Source: Dehalococcoidia bacterium (GTDB lineage Bacteria > Chloroflexota > Dehalococcoidia > Bin125). From it: a stretch of 64,000 nucleotides of DNA. The notes below the pieces were generated by a model that was given only the letters and a program-made list of their open reading frames with translations, made no database searches and was not told the DNA's origin. Both the position numbers and the translations under genes were made by a program. The stretch spans positions 2,522,366 to 2,586,365 of the forward strand of contig OZ241913.1 in the NCBI GenBank assembly GCA_965203775.1, read 5' to 3'. Position 1 is the first letter of the stretch, and every line of letters starts with the position of its first letter. Of this stretch, positions 63,601-64,000 are shown piece after piece.

Positions 63601-64000
63601 CGTCGACGATGTACAGCGTGGCGACGCCTCCGACATGGCCGCGCACGACGATGGTGCGTTCGTCGAAGGCCCTGAGGTTGCCGTTGGGCACCGGCAGGCT
63701 CTCGAAGCCGACCAGGTTCTGCTCGGCGATGGTGAGCTTGCGGCTGACGCCGCTTTCCCAGTCGAGCGGGCCGGCGAGGTAGAGGAAGGAGGGGCCGACG
63801 GAGGCGGCGGGGATGACCCAGCGTCGGTAGGGGTCGTAGGGCTCTTCGAAGCGGTGCGCGGAGAAGCGCAGGGAGGCGTTGATGGTGAGTTCGTCGCCGG
63901 GCTGGACGATGTTGTCGGAGTCGTTTGCGACTTCGAGCAGCAGTTCGAGGTTGTCGGGGAACTGGTTGAGGTGGTCGAGGTGGCCATCGGCGGCGGCGGG
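60605..64000 (-). CDS. Large secreted/surface protein with FG-GAP-like propeller repeats and Ig-like domains (5' partial)
   Basis: Frame stays open from 63691 to the window end; repeated G.VY(I/V)Y / SLAVSRDGSTLAV / LAISPDGTTVI motifs. Confidence 0.65.
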   Translation of the reverse strand, partial: PAAADGHLDHLNQFPDNLELLLEVANDSDNIVQPGDELTINASLRFSAHRFEEPYDPYRRWVIPAASVGPSFLYLAGPLDWESGVSRKLTIAEQNLVGFESLPVPNGNLRAFDERTIVVRGHVGGVATLYIVDAWSKQLAATITRPDDAENSYFGFGAVTLDEGKFSDSVGVWHETDSTAWMFVSSPRQNNNVGRVYIYRLEWAEFASSVEATLETTLTPPLSEASNRHGGVTAYYSTSLAVSRDGSTLAVASSNINAMGAVYVYTRPDGPGRNWGDIRYEDGVKVTPVAIPSHGSSWANAPFTPSSTGRTGFSTDCDAYCSRAYSMFEQFTELGIRYIGLSADGRVLAVPVSEKRFSFETPGGSFNNAYRREDKGEAYVFVAPEGGWNAAPRADLDADGNSKTLIAAQADARDFDPETHYSPGPLRRITEPDAILVSRLWTEAGRNGGWFGEGLAISPDGTTVIADADTGGAGGSGFVFQQASPEAWRALDGGYILHTATFTGALGDFPSYGNMAFSGDSSELSINNGNSGQLTVFRRPADGIWKDADGGDDDVEQRSGIHFVLKDAHNGAQVVFGHDATITTSDAGCTIEVVDEISTTTCPITLPSSTVVVPEGTADGVVTLSGQVTVQMQEAPASKVTLRNTLELRIGEVREVAEVKLDLAVDKKGTTSTSDDTPYPSALRRQGDSTRLRLTILSESGAPSHAGSIAAAQLTSTAGSLAVVDATLEGDSCAGISCTLNAANINASNADELLVTLSHAGKAAAAEVRATVFSTTGDTFETPPVRIALAGAAESIAVSAPTTGVTNVDAADLDADGLISDGAATRDELLLAVTAADSAGNNVALPSGARRTRLLGPDGQPVAAESVRVTWPHRGDPTKPFTRSGGENPPILNAKSQAQVKIDVNRPAANPLASGEYTLELWAGQQKAVRTFSVSGGAAEISLSDPGAVRVGETFSVTATFNDASGVAVPNGTVVDWPEIVAAGGGGPRVVQTSKQTRTRDGQATASFQAVGAGGVAVTAGADCAEQLTSAGTAVIQCVVRGVRLVQIQPTEAAASSPAEGLTTREPGGLASYLGAERVSAAELLAGLPEVGSVLLWLNGEWIRYGESGGEEIPGSINFRIKPGAILWLGE

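Overview
GC-rich bacterial chromosomal window. The gene style (Tat-lipoprotein ABC binding protein, peptidase-MA next to prfB, Arg-type EF-P) suggests Chloroflexota/Dehalococcoidia; this is inference only. Most of it is a minus-strand housekeeping run (prfB with its +1 frameshift, folD, rpoD, dnaG, ppsA, glmS, ispH, plsC, cmk, rluB-like, purN, xseAB, efp, dinG) plus catabolic and transport genes (B12/iron ABC, hydantoinase/oxoprolinase A+B, acyl-CoA dehydrogenase, crotonase, two amidases, peptide ABC, acyl-CoA ligase, nfo). The unusual part is the intergenic DNA. Two palindromic repeat families (A: CGTCATTCCTGCGCAGGCAGGAA; B: CCCCAATTCATCCCTCCCCCC-N5-GGGGGGAGGTTAGGTGGGGGG) build mosaic arrays. 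Both copies of a 1188-bp IS5-family element sit exactly in the 5-nt loop of a repeat-B hairpin and duplicate that loop. A third dispersed element (two copies) carries an extended -10, a LexA-like box and 10-bp-phased GAAC arrays. Also found: a peroxiredoxin with in-frame TGA at the catalytic Cys (probable selenoprotein, split in the ORF track), three tandem Uma2 nucleases with a hypervariable segment, one HicA with three HicB-like genes, and an IS427-type element inserted beside a degenerate copy of its own end. No tRNA, rRNA or CRISPR was found. All assignments come from motif reading, with no database searches.
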